Shown: piece by piece, positions 10,460 to 19,537 of the stretch
Layout: each line of letters opens with the position of its first letter
Position numbering within the stretch: position 1 is the first letter of the stretch
DNA from: an uncultured Solibacteraceae bacterium
Lineage (GTDB): Bacteria; Acidobacteriota; Terriglobia; Bryobacterales; Bryobacteraceae
Length of the DNA: 64,000 nucleotides
Assembly: GCA_963791985.1 (NCBI GenBank)
Contig: CAWBUN010000010.1
Coordinates: forward strand, 356,083-420,082
Direction of reading: 5' to 3'
The notes under the pieces: generated by a model
Seen by the model: the letters and a program-made list of their open reading frames with translations, nothing else
Database searches by the model: none
Told to the model about the DNA's origin: nothing
Translations under genes and position numbers: made by a program

Positions 10460-11623
10460 CTACGGCATGATGCCGCCGAGGCCCATGCCGCCCAATGCGT
10501 CCATGCCCCCGCCGCCCATCATTCCGCCCATGCCTCCGCCGCCGCCCATTCCGCCGCTACGGCCGGCGCCGCCGCCGGATTGCGCGGACACCATCTGCAG
10601 CAGGAAATCCGCGTTGGCCAACATCATGATCGCCGTCACCTGGTCGCTCTTCGCGCCCTTGGTGCTCGAGACCACCACCGTTTCGCCGGGCTTCAGGTCT
10701 TCCAATTTCGTCTGCGGCATGCGCTCCAGCATGGCGTTGATGTCCATGCCGCCCATTCCGCCGCGCCCGGGCATTCCGCCGCGAGCCATTCCGGCCGGGG
10801 GCGCGCCGCCTGCCGCTGGGCCGCCGCGGCCCATGCCGCCCATCATCGCGCTCATGTCCGGCATCTTCTTCATCTGCGAATCCGCCGTGAACTTAATGGT
10901 CAGCGGCTTATTGTTCGAGAGATCTTTCACCGTGACTTCGCGGGTTTCCGCGTTGATCGCTGTGATCGAACCGGCCTTGGTGACGAAGGTTCCGAACACC
11001 ACATCATCGGCCGTCACTTTCAGCCCATCCTCGCTCTTCTGGCCGCGTGCGCGCACCTGGTCGCCGACGCCGATCTCGCCGAGTTTGCTGTTCCGCGCGT
11101 CGGCGAACTTTACCGAATCCGGCGCGTATCGCTTGTACGCCGTCTTCCCGGTGACCGTCACCACCGCCTGCTGTTCCCCGCCCATGGTGCGGATCTTCAA
11201 CGTGATATCGTTGCCGCTCTTCGATGCCACCACGCCGGAGACGCCGCGCCTGGCCCAGTCGGCCTTATCTGCCGCGTTCTTCTTTTCGATGTCCGTCGCC
11301 GCCATCACGATGATGCGCCGCAGGTTGCTCGTGCCCGGTTCCGGAGTGGCCAGCACCCGGTCGCCCAGCGCGACTTCGGTGACCTTGATCGGCTGCGCCT
11401 GCTTCAAATCCGTCACGCCGGGCGCGACGCGTTGCGCCATGGTGTCGGCCGTGACCTTGAATGCCACCGGCGCGCCGGAATCCGGCTTGATTTCGATTTC
11501 CGTGCTCTCCGTTTTGAAGGCGCTGACCGTGCCCACCATGCTTCGGGTAGGCGTCTGCGCCGGAGCCATCGGGCTCCACAATAAGGCTGCCGCGCATGCG
11601 GCGATCCAGTTCCGTTTCATCAT
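10460..11623 (-). CDS. secreted repeat protein with Met/Gly-rich tracts (putative periplasmic metal-binding protein)
   Basis: ORF 10460..11644, start moved to ATG ATG AAA (MMKRNW). Signal peptide. Three or four roughly 80-aa beta-rich repeats. Two tracts, MMGGMGRGGPAAGGAPPAGMARGGMPGRGGMGGM and GGMGGGGGMGGMMGGGGMDALGGMGLGG. Immediately upstream of the TBDR on the same strand. Confidence 0.6.
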   Translation of the reverse strand: MMKRNWIAACAAALLWSPMAPAQTPTRSMVGTVSAFKTESTEIEIKPDSGAPVAFKVTADTMAQRVAPGVTDLKQAQPIKVTEVALGDRVLATPEPGTSNLRRIIVMAATDIEKKNAADKADWARRGVSGVVASKSGNDITLKIRTMGGEQQAVVTVTGKTAYKRYAPDSVKFADARNSKLGEIGVGDQVRARGQKSEDGLKVTADDVVFGTFVTKAGSITAINAETREVTVKDLSNNKPLTIKFTADSQMKKMPDMSAMMGGMGRGGPAAGGAPPAGMARGGMPGRGGMGGMDINAMLERMPQTKLEDLKPGETVVVSSTKGAKSDQVTAIMMLANADFLLQMVSAQSGGGAGRSGGMGGGGGMGGMMGGGGMDALGGMGLGGIMP

Positions 11624-11686
11624 ATCCAGTAGACCGCAAACCACCCCGGCACCATCCTTAAGTTTTGTAAAAGGCCCCCCGCAAGC

Positions 11687-12439
11687 GTGTGCGAAGGCCC
11701 CGATTGCGTTACAACTAAAGCAGAAGAAGTGAGTACAACCGACACCAACGCGACGCGGCGCTCCATCCTCTTAGTAGAGGACGATACCGAGCTCACGTCG
11801 TTAATGACCGATTATTTCGCGCAGCACGGTTTTCAAGTCGAGGCCGCGCACGACGGGCGCACGGGCCTGGCGCGAGCTATGGAAGGCACGTTCGATCTGA
11901 TCATCCTCGACGTGATGCTTCCAGTGCTCGACGGATTCGAAGTTTTGCGCCAGCTTCGCAAACGCAGCGCCACTCCCGTCATCATGCTCACCGCGCGCAT
12001 CAGCCAGAGCGACCGCGTCGCCGGTCTCAACTCCGGCGCCGACGATTACCTGCCCAAGCCCTTCGGACCAGAGGAACTGCTGGCGCGCATCCGCGCCGTC
12101 CTCCGCCGCACCGGACACACCGATGCCGCGCCGCCGCAGATTGTGGAATCGGCGGGCCTGCGCATCGACCCCGCGACGCGCGCAGTGTGGGACCATGGCG
12201 AGGCCATCGAAATCACCTCCATCGAGTTCGACATCCTCGAAATTCTGGTCCGCTCCGCCGGCCGCACCGTGACCCGCGACGAACTCACGGCGGTGCTGTA
12301 TCAGCGGCCCGCGACGCCCTATGAGCGCTCGCTCGATGTCCACATCAGCCACTTGCGCAAGAAGCTGGAGCGCGACGATCGCTCCGTGATCCGCACCATC
12401 CGCGGCGTCGGGTACCAGTTCATGGCGGGTGAGCGATGA
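11687..12439 (+). CDS. OmpR-family response regulator
   Basis: Receiver domain (LLVEDD...ILDVMLP...) plus winged-helix C-terminus (...IRTIRGVGYQF). Alternative GTG start at 11731. Confidence 0.85.
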   Translation: MCEGPDCVTTKAEEVSTTDTNATRRSILLVEDDTELTSLMTDYFAQHGFQVEAAHDGRTGLARAMEGTFDLIILDVMLPVLDGFEVLRQLRKRSATPVIMLTARISQSDRVAGLNSGADDYLPKPFGPEELLARIRAVLRRTGHTDAAPPQIVESAGLRIDPATRAVWDHGEAIEITSIEFDILEILVRSAGRTVTRDELTAVLYQRPATPYERSLDVHISHLRKKLERDDRSVIRTIRGVGYQFMAGER

Positions 12440-13731
12440 AGGTCTATACCAAAGTCCTTCTCTGGTGCTTCGGCACCCTGCTGCTTTCCCTCGTCGCGTT
12501 CGGCGGCGTCTCATACGTCTCCATGCGCAGTGTGGACCACGGCAGCTTTGTGCCGCGCTGGAACTCGCTGCTGATGGAGCAGGCAATCGGTGCGTATGAA
12601 AGCCACGGCAAGCCCGCGCTCACCGCGGAACTCGCGCGCATGAGCAGCCACATCCCAGGCCAGCATTACCTGACCGATGCCCGCGGCATCGATCTCGCCA
12701 CCGGCGAGGACCGCTCTCAATTACTAGCGGCGGCGCGCCTGGATAACGGCCCGCCGAAGCGATTCGAGCGGCGGCATATGGTCTACTACCCTTCCGCCGA
12801 CGGCAAGTACCGGTTCCTGGTGGTCTTCGACACAGCCTTCGATCCCTGGCAATATTTGCCGTATTATTTCCTGATCCTGCTCGCCATCGCGCTACTCTGC
12901 TGGATCCTTGCGACCAATATTGCATCCCCGCTCGGCGGCCTGGCGCGCGTGGTGGACCGCTTCGGCGCGGGGGATCTTTCGGTACGCGTCAACTCCACCC
13001 GCAAGGACGAAATCGGCGAAGTCGGCCGCGCCTTCGATCGCATGGCGGAGCGCATCGCCACGCTGCTCACGGCCGAACGCCGCCTGCTGCAGGATATCTC
13101 GCACGAACTGCGCTCGCCTCTCGCCCGGCTCAGTTTCGCCGCCGAGCTGGCGCGTACCGCGGAGAATCGCGATGCCGCCATCGACCGCTTGAACAGAGAA
13201 ATCGCGCGCCTCACCGACCTGGTCGGCGGCCTGATCCAGGTGACGCGGGTTGAGGGCGACCCCGAGGCGCACAACACCGAAGACCTGCGGCTCGACGGTC
13301 TGCTCACCGAAGTGGTCAACGATTGCCGCATGGAAGCCGAGGCCCGCGGCTCTAAGATCGCGCTCGATGCCGAGCCGCAACTGACGCTGCGCGGCGATCG
13401 CGAAGTGCTGCGCCGCGCGATTGAAAACGTACTGCGCAATTCGATTCGCTACAACCCTTCGGGCAGCAGCATCGAGGTCAAACTCGCCGCCACCAGCGAT
13501 GCCGCGCGCATCGCGGTTCGCGACTACGGCCCCGGTGTTCCCGAAGAGGTGCTGCCCAAGATCTTCCAGCCTTTCTTCCGCGTGGACGATTCGCGCGATA
13601 CCGCCACGGGCGGCGTCGGACTCGGCCTCGCCATCGCCTCCCGCGCCATCGGCCTGCACCACGGCAGGCTATGGGCGGAAAACGTCGCCCCCGGCCTCAA
13701 GGTCTGGATCGAAATCCCCCTCGTCGGTTAA
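12436..13731 (+). CDS. sensor histidine kinase (periplasmic-sensing, HAMP-HisKA-HATPase)
   Basis: ATGA overlap with the response-regulator stop. Two TM segments flank a roughly 130-aa periplasmic domain. H-box ISHELRSPLARL. N and G boxes (GGVGLGLAIA). Confidence 0.85.
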   Translation: MKVYTKVLLWCFGTLLLSLVAFGGVSYVSMRSVDHGSFVPRWNSLLMEQAIGAYESHGKPALTAELARMSSHIPGQHYLTDARGIDLATGEDRSQLLAAARLDNGPPKRFERRHMVYYPSADGKYRFLVVFDTAFDPWQYLPYYFLILLAIALLCWILATNIASPLGGLARVVDRFGAGDLSVRVNSTRKDEIGEVGRAFDRMAERIATLLTAERRLLQDISHELRSPLARLSFAAELARTAENRDAAIDRLNREIARLTDLVGGLIQVTRVEGDPEAHNTEDLRLDGLLTEVVNDCRMEAEARGSKIALDAEPQLTLRGDREVLRRAIENVLRNSIRYNPSGSSIEVKLAATSDAARIAVRDYGPGVPEEVLPKIFQPFFRVDDSRDTATGGVGLGLAIASRAIGLHHGRLWAENVAPGLKVWIEIPLVG

Positions 13732-13846
13732 ATTGTTAGTATCCAAACTCTGGCAATTCCAATGCTCGGAAACGGGTGGTTACCGATTCCTGGGGCCGGG
13801 GGGCTCCGAACTAGTGGAACAGGCAAAGCGAAAATTATTGGAGGGA

Positions 13847-14050
13847 ATGTGCAGTGAAAGGGTCGCCCAAATGGAGGAATTCCTGGAGGCGATCCGCGAG
13901 CTTACGCAACTGCAGAACGAACAGGCAAAGTCCGTGATCGAAGGCGACCCTGACTTCTCTCGATTTGATTTGCTGATTCACATGGCAAACCAAAAGAAAG
14001 ACCGTGCAAAATATGCGCTGCTGCTCCACGTTCAGGAGCACGGCTGTTAA
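13847..14050 (+). CDS. small hypothetical protein (67 aa)
   Basis: ATG follows GGAGGG in a locally low-GC stretch. No recognisable domain. Confidence 0.3.
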   Translation: MCSERVAQMEEFLEAIRELTQLQNEQAKSVIEGDPDFSRFDLLIHMANQKKDRAKYALLLHVQEHGC

Positions 14051-14068
14051 TTCATAAGGGGGATAAAC

Positions 14069-14266
14069 ATGGCTCTCACACGCACCGAACGCGAACGAAT
14101 TCAAGATAGTAATCTCAAACTCCAGTCCGTTTCACAGACTCTGAGCCAGGTGGATCCCGAAAAACTCGGCGACTTTGAGGACATCAAAGAATGCATCGAA
14201 GATGCCCGCAAAAGTCTGAGCGACGCGCTCAAACTGCACGAAGAGGATAAAAGAAAGCCGCACTAG
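14069..14266 (+). CDS. small hypothetical coiled-coil protein (65 aa)
   Basis: AAGGGGG sits 7 nt upstream of the ATG. Charged helical sequence. Low-GC stretch. Confidence 0.35.
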   Translation: MALTRTERERIQDSNLKLQSVSQTLSQVDPEKLGDFEDIKECIEDARKSLSDALKLHEEDKRKPH

Positions 14267-14332
14267 CCGCACCGCGCCGCCTCGCCAGCCGCGAAGGGCA
14301 GTTCTCTCACCGGTCTGAGTCACAATGAGAGT

Positions 14333-15610
14333 ATGCCCTTTGCGGGAATTCTTGCCGCCTTTTTCTTCACCGCTCCCGCCCCTACTTTTTCCCACGACGT
14401 CGCCCCGCTGCTTTACCGCCGGTGCGCGGCCTGCCATCACAGCGGCGGAGTCGCACCCTTCGCCCTACTCACCTACAACGATGTACGCAAACGCGCGGGT
14501 CTGATTGCCACGGTCACGTCCAAAAAATACATGCCACCCTGGCTGCCCGCCGAGCCAGTGTTTCAACACGAACAGAAGTTGACCGCGGCGGAGATCGCGA
14601 TGCTCGCCGCCTGGGCAGTCGCCGGCGCGCCCGAAGGCGATTCGCACGCCACGCCGCCCCCGCCCACATTCTCCGACGCCTGGACGCTTGGCAAGCCTGA
14701 CCTGGAGGCCGCCATGTCGAATGACTTCCACATCCCTGCCGATGGTCCCGACCTTTACCAGTGCTTCGTCATCCCCGCGCCCGCCGCGCAGAATCACTGG
14801 GTGCGGGCGCTCGACATACGGCCGGGAAACTCGAAGGTGGTGCACCACGTCATTCTCTTCCAGGACACCTCGCACACCGCGCGCAAGCGCGATCAGGGGG
14901 CTGGCTATCCGTGCTTCGGGACACCGGGTTTCCTGCCCGCGCGCGGGCTCGGCGGCTGGACGCCCGGCGCCGCGCCTGCGCAAAAACCGGACGACATTCC
15001 CGACCTGCTACACGGCGCCGCCGACCTCGTGCTCCAGGTGCACTACCACCCCACCGGCAAACCCGAGACCGACCGCACACGGCTCGCGCTCTACTTCACG
15101 CCGAACGCGCCGAAGCGGCGGCTGATGGATGTGGCGCTGGGCTCGTCGCACATCGATATTGCGCCCGGCGACCGCGCCTACAAGGTCACCGACCATTTCA
15201 CGGTGCCGGTGGCGGTGGATATTCTCGGCGTGATTCCGCACGCGCATTACATCTGTAAATCGATGAACGTCTGGGCCGTGTTTCCCGACGGAACGCGGCG
15301 CACGCTGCTGCGCATTCCCGCGTGGAATTTCGACTGGCAGCAGCAGTACCGCTACCCAACGCCGGTCCACCTGCCCGAGGATACGCGTATTGAAATGGAA
15401 TTCATTTACGATAACTCGGCCGCCAACCCGCGCAACCCGAACCACCCTCCGGCACGTGTCACGGTAGGCCCGGCGACCACCGACGAGATGGCCGGACTGC
15501 ATCTCGAAACCACTCCTTCAGACCCTGCCGACGCCGATGAATTGAGCCAGGCCCTTTGGGGCAAGATGATGCGGTCGCTGGGCGGCGGCATTTATCGCCC
15601 GGGCCGATAA
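14333..15610 (+). CDS. PHM/DBH-like copper type-II monooxygenase domain protein with N-terminal CxxCH cytochrome-c-like motif
   Basis: CAACHH followed by PPW (Planctomycete-cytochrome-c-like motif). HHVILFQ, VHYHPTG and HAHYICKSM resemble the Cu-binding His/Met motifs of peptidylglycine monooxygenase-like domains. Confidence 0.5.
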   Translation: MPFAGILAAFFFTAPAPTFSHDVAPLLYRRCAACHHSGGVAPFALLTYNDVRKRAGLIATVTSKKYMPPWLPAEPVFQHEQKLTAAEIAMLAAWAVAGAPEGDSHATPPPPTFSDAWTLGKPDLEAAMSNDFHIPADGPDLYQCFVIPAPAAQNHWVRALDIRPGNSKVVHHVILFQDTSHTARKRDQGAGYPCFGTPGFLPARGLGGWTPGAAPAQKPDDIPDLLHGAADLVLQVHYHPTGKPETDRTRLALYFTPNAPKRRLMDVALGSSHIDIAPGDRAYKVTDHFTVPVAVDILGVIPHAHYICKSMNVWAVFPDGTRRTLLRIPAWNFDWQQQYRYPTPVHLPEDTRIEMEFIYDNSAANPRNPNHPPARVTVGPATTDEMAGLHLETTPSDPADADELSQALWGKMMRSLGGGIYRPGR

Positions 15611-15723
15611 GGAGTGATCGTTTGCGCAAATTGCTGTTCACTACCTCGCGCTCATGGCCGGCGTTTTCGTAATCATCCTGGGGCTCGAAGCGCAAACTGG
15701 AGTGCCGCCGGTTCGTCCACACT

Positions 15724-15860
15724 GGAGTTACAGGCAGCAAGTGGACAGGGTCGAAAGACCACCCCTCAAACTCGGGGAATCCCCGGAATCGGCGGTGGTC
15801 TTTCATCAAAGTTTCGCGGGCGGAACGCCCATCAACAACAGGCCAGGAGGCCTGTCCCAC
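15724..15860 (+). repeat. split family-A copy (5' half 15724..15749, 3' half 15841..15860) with about 90-bp insertion carrying its own hairpin (GAAAGACCACC...GGTGGTCTTTC)
   Basis: GGAGTTACAGGCAGCAAGTGGACAGG ... GGCCAGGAGGCCTGTCCCAC. Confidence 0.5.
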
Positions 15861-15896
15861 TGCAAATCTCGCGGCCTGCAAACAAACAATAATCAA

Positions 15897-15924
15897 GAGA
15901 TCGCTCCCTCACGGTCGCGGTTCG
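15897..15924 (+). repeat. family-B repeat (GAGATCGCTCCCTCACGGTCGCGGTTCG)
   Basis: 3' of the PHM-like gene. Confidence 0.65.
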
Positions 15925-15946
15925 TTGACGCTGCGAACAGACCAGG

Positions 15947-18274
15947 TTAGTACAACAAGTAGCGGGCGCGGGTCTGGGTGAAGGCCTCGAGGGCTTCAGC
16001 GTAAGACTCCTGGATGGTGCGCGGATCTTCGCCGGCCTGGATGCGCTGGATGACGGCGGCGCTGCCGATTAAACGCTTGCCGCCGGTGAAATCGATCTTG
16101 CCGGGGTAGAGCTTCTGGATGGCGACAGCGAGTTCGAGACCGAGCCGCGTGGCGTCGAGTTGGTCGCGATTGGTGATTTGGAAGCGCACGCCTTCGATGC
16201 GAACGCCCTTGAAGTTCGATTCCGTGGGCGTGAAGCTGGTGGGGTACACGCGGACACCGGGGATCTGGCGCTGATTGAGATAAGCGGCCAGTTCGCGACC
16301 GCCGACGAAATCGGCACCCACCTGCTCGAACGGGGAATCGGTGCCGCGGCCCATCGAGAAATTCTTCGGGAACTCCATCAGGCAGAGTCCGGGATAGAGC
16401 ATCGCAGCGTTCAGGCTCCGCATATTCGGCGAAGGATTGATCCACGGGAGGTTGGTGTAGTCGAACCAATCGCCGCGCTGCCAGCCCTGCATCGGAATCA
16501 CAGTGAGATTGGCTCCGAGTCTATTTTCGGCATTGAACATTTTGGCGAGTTCGCCCATTGTCATGCCGTGGCGCACGGGTTCGCCGGGCAGGTAGCCGAC
16601 GAAACTCTTATTGGCGGCATCCATCATTGGGCCTTCGACCCGCACGCCGTTGATCGGGTTAGGCCGGTCCAGAACATAAAACGGAATACCTGCCTTGGCG
16701 GCGGCTTCCAACGCGTAGGCCATCGTGGTTTCGAAGGTGTAGAAGCGAACGCCGACGTCCTGGATGTCATAGACCAGTGCGTCGATGTTGGTCAGCATCT
16801 GCGGCGTGGGGCGGTTGGTGGCGCCATAGAGGCTGAAGACCTTGATGTCGGTTTTGTAATCGACGGCGTCCTGAATGCCGGGGCGGTCTTCCTTGCCGAA
16901 GAAACCGTGCTCAGGCGAGAAGATGGCGGCGACATCGATGCCGGCGGCCTTCATCAAGTCGATGTTGCGCCGGCCCTGCCGGTCCACACCGCTCTGATTG
17001 GTTATGATGCCCACACGCTTGCCGGCGAGCGGCGCGAACTTCTGGGCGGCGAGCACGTCGAGGCCGGTCAGCGTGGAGCCATTGCGGCCCACCTGGCGGC
17101 GGAAGCCGGGGCCGGTCATGGTGTCGTTATATCCCGTCAACAGAACTTTCTGCTCGGTGATGCCGACATTGGCGGCAACGATGGTGGCCACCTTGCCGCG
17201 CACCGGCGTGAGCGCAGGGCGCAGGTCGGGGTGCACGCTGTTGGCGAGCAGGATGACATAGGTCTTGGTGCTGGGATCGATCCACACCGAGGTGCCGGTG
17301 AAGCCGGTGTGGCCGTAGGAGCCGATGGGGAAGAGCTCGCCGCGATTTCCGGAGTGGGGCGAATCGACATCCCAGCCGAGCCCGCGCAGTACGGCCTGGT
17401 CGGGCGGAGTTTGCGGCTCGATGAATTTGTCCACCGTGAGCGGGCTGAAAAGCCGCACGCCATCGAGTTCGCCGCCGTTGAGCATCATCTGGGCGAAGCG
17501 TGCCAGATCGTCGGCGGTGGAGAAAAGGCCGGCATGCCCGGCGACGCCGCCCATGTTGCGCGCCGTGGGGTCGTGGACCACGCCGCGCAGCGGCGGTCCA
17601 ATCTTCACGGGCCAGCGCTCGGTGGGCGCGATGCGCGGCACGAGCGAGGCTGGCGGCTGGAACATGCTCTCGTTCATGCCAATCGGCAGGAAGATATTCT
17701 CGCGCGCGTACTCGTTGAGCATCTTGCCGCTGAGACGGTGCACGAGTTCGCCGAGCAGAATGAAGTTGATATCGCTATACACGTAGCGGACGCCGGGAGG
17801 GTCGCCGGGCTTGAAAGTGGTGGCCAGCTTGATACCGGTCTGGTAGCCGGCCCACGGTTCTTTCAGCGGCACGTCGGGCTGCAGTCCGGAGAAGTGGGTG
17901 AAAAGCTGACGCAGGGTGATGTCGCTTTTGCCGCCCTGGAATTCGGGAATGTAGTCGGTGACCTTGTCGCTGAGGCGGAACCTGCCTTCGTCGAAGAGCT
18001 TCATCAGCGAGGCCGTGGTGGCGATGACCTTGGTGAGCGAGGCGCAGTCGAAGACGGTATCGACAGTCATCGCCTCGGGTTGCGGCACGAGAGCGCGCTT
18101 TCCGTAAGCCTTGCGATAGACGACCTTGCCGTCGTGGCCGACCAGCAGGACGGCGCCCGGCATCTTGCCCTGCTCGATCGCCTGGTTGATCACCTGGTCG
18201 AGAGCGGGACCGCCGGAGAATGTCTGTGCGGAAAGGGCAGTGGCCGCGAGGGCGGCGCACCAGAACAACCTCAT
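15947..18274 (-). CDS. beta-lactamase-family serine hydrolase fused to DUF1343 (NamZ-like exo-beta-N-acetylmuramidase) domain
   Basis: ORF 15947..18403, start moved to MRLFWCAALAATALSAQ (signal peptide). N-terminal half has S-x-x-K (SLTK). C-terminal half resembles DUF1343/NamZ. Confidence 0.7.
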   Translation of the reverse strand: MRLFWCAALAATALSAQTFSGGPALDQVINQAIEQGKMPGAVLLVGHDGKVVYRKAYGKRALVPQPEAMTVDTVFDCASLTKVIATTASLMKLFDEGRFRLSDKVTDYIPEFQGGKSDITLRQLFTHFSGLQPDVPLKEPWAGYQTGIKLATTFKPGDPPGVRYVYSDINFILLGELVHRLSGKMLNEYARENIFLPIGMNESMFQPPASLVPRIAPTERWPVKIGPPLRGVVHDPTARNMGGVAGHAGLFSTADDLARFAQMMLNGGELDGVRLFSPLTVDKFIEPQTPPDQAVLRGLGWDVDSPHSGNRGELFPIGSYGHTGFTGTSVWIDPSTKTYVILLANSVHPDLRPALTPVRGKVATIVAANVGITEQKVLLTGYNDTMTGPGFRRQVGRNGSTLTGLDVLAAQKFAPLAGKRVGIITNQSGVDRQGRRNIDLMKAAGIDVAAIFSPEHGFFGKEDRPGIQDAVDYKTDIKVFSLYGATNRPTPQMLTNIDALVYDIQDVGVRFYTFETTMAYALEAAAKAGIPFYVLDRPNPINGVRVEGPMMDAANKSFVGYLPGEPVRHGMTMGELAKMFNAENRLGANLTVIPMQGWQRGDWFDYTNLPWINPSPNMRSLNAAMLYPGLCLMEFPKNFSMGRGTDSPFEQVGADFVGGRELAAYLNQRQIPGVRVYPTSFTPTESNFKGVRIEGVRFQITNRDQLDATRLGLELAVAIQKLYPGKIDFTGGKRLIGSAAVIQRIQAGEDPRTIQESYAEALEAFTQTRARYLLY

Positions 18275-18371
18275 GTATTTATCATAACTGAGGCGTGCAC
18301 GGTGACGCGGCTCACGCCTCGCCCGGTAAGTTAACGATCGTAACCTGACCGCGGAGTTACGTTCAATTCGT

Positions 18372-19487
18372 ATGACCAAATTGCGGACTCCTGCGTTTTT
18401 CATGGTCGCGGTCTTGGCTGCGCATTTATTTGCCGGCCGGCTTAGCGGAGGAACAGTGGGCTACAATCAACAAAACCTGGTTTCCGATATACCCGGAATG
18501 GCCAGCCATACCGATCCGAACCTGGTGAATCCCTGGGGACTGACGTTCAGCGCCACGTCTCCGATCTGGGTGTCCGACAACGGCAGCGGGCTATCGACGT
18601 TGTACATGGGCAATGGCGTTGCGCTGCCGCTGGTGGTCACGATACCGGGTACGGGCGGCGTACCAGGCGCGCCCACGGGAGTGGTGTTCAACGGCGGGGC
18701 GGATTTCAAAGGGGACCGCTTCATCTTCGCTACGGAGGGCGGCACGATCGCGGGTTGGCAATCGGGGACGACGGCGGCAACGGAGGCGACTACGACCAAT
18801 GCGGTTTACAAGGGGCTGGCGTTGGGCACCGTGGGTGGAGCGGCTGAACTCTTCGCGGCCAATTTCGCCGCAGGGACGGTAGACGTGTTCAGCAACGCGT
18901 ACGCACCGTTGAGCGTGCCGTTCGTCGATCCGACGCTTCCAGCGGGGTACGCCCCATTCAATATCGTCGATCTCGGCAACCTGCTGTACGTGACGTACGC
19001 GCTGCAGGATGCCGCCAAGCATGACGACGTGGCCGGCCCGGGGCATGGTTTCGTGGACATCTACACGACGGGCGGCGTGCTGGTGAAGCGCCTGATCTCC
19101 GACGGCGCGCTAAACTCGCCGTGGGGCATGGCGCTGGCGCCCCCGAGTTTCGGACCGCTGGGCGGCGACCTGCTGATCGGCAACTTCGGCGATGGCACGA
19201 TCAACGCATACAACCCGACAACTGGCGCACTGCTCGGCACGCTGACCGATACCAACGGCAACCCGATCGTGAACCAGGGCCTGTGGGGTTTGGCGTTCGG
19301 CAATGGCGCGCAGGGGACGTCTACCGGCACGCTTTATTTCACCGCCGGCATTCCCGGGCCGGACCATATCGAGGACCACGGGCTGTTCGGCTCGCTCACC
19401 AATGCACCGGAGCCCGGCAGCACGGCATTGATTGCGACGGGGCTGGTGGCGATGCTGTGGCGGCGGAGGAAGGCAAGGATTGATTAG
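18372..19487 (+). CDS. TIGR03118-family protein with C-terminal PEP-CTERM sorting signal
   Basis: Signal peptide. C-terminus ...NAPEPGSTALIATGLVAMLWRRRKARID (PEP motif, TM helix, basic tail). Confidence 0.7.
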   Translation: MTKLRTPAFFMVAVLAAHLFAGRLSGGTVGYNQQNLVSDIPGMASHTDPNLVNPWGLTFSATSPIWVSDNGSGLSTLYMGNGVALPLVVTIPGTGGVPGAPTGVVFNGGADFKGDRFIFATEGGTIAGWQSGTTAATEATTTNAVYKGLALGTVGGAAELFAANFAAGTVDVFSNAYAPLSVPFVDPTLPAGYAPFNIVDLGNLLYVTYALQDAAKHDDVAGPGHGFVDIYTTGGVLVKRLISDGALNSPWGMALAPPSFGPLGGDLLIGNFGDGTINAYNPTTGALLGTLTDTNGNPIVNQGLWGLAFGNGAQGTSTGTLYFTAGIPGPDHIEDHGLFGSLTNAPEPGSTALIATGLVAMLWRRRKARID

Positions 19488-19488
19488 A

Positions 19489-19514
19489 TGGACAGGCCGA
19501 GAGGCCTGTCCCAC
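19489..19514 (+). repeat. family-A hairpin repeat (TGGACAGGCC-N4-GGCCTGTCCCAC)
   Basis: Inverted repeat immediately after the stop of the 18372..19487 gene. Confidence 0.7.
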
Positions 19515-19537
19515 TGAGTCGGGCTACAATCGCATGC

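Noticed and set aside
15614-15950. ORFs 15614..15892 and 15654..15950 (and 19484..19705, 20324..20668 N-termini).
   Set aside because: Their sequences (..RPGGLSH.., ..EIAPSRSRF..) are translations of the family-A/B intergenic repeats. The same peptides recur wherever the repeats occur.
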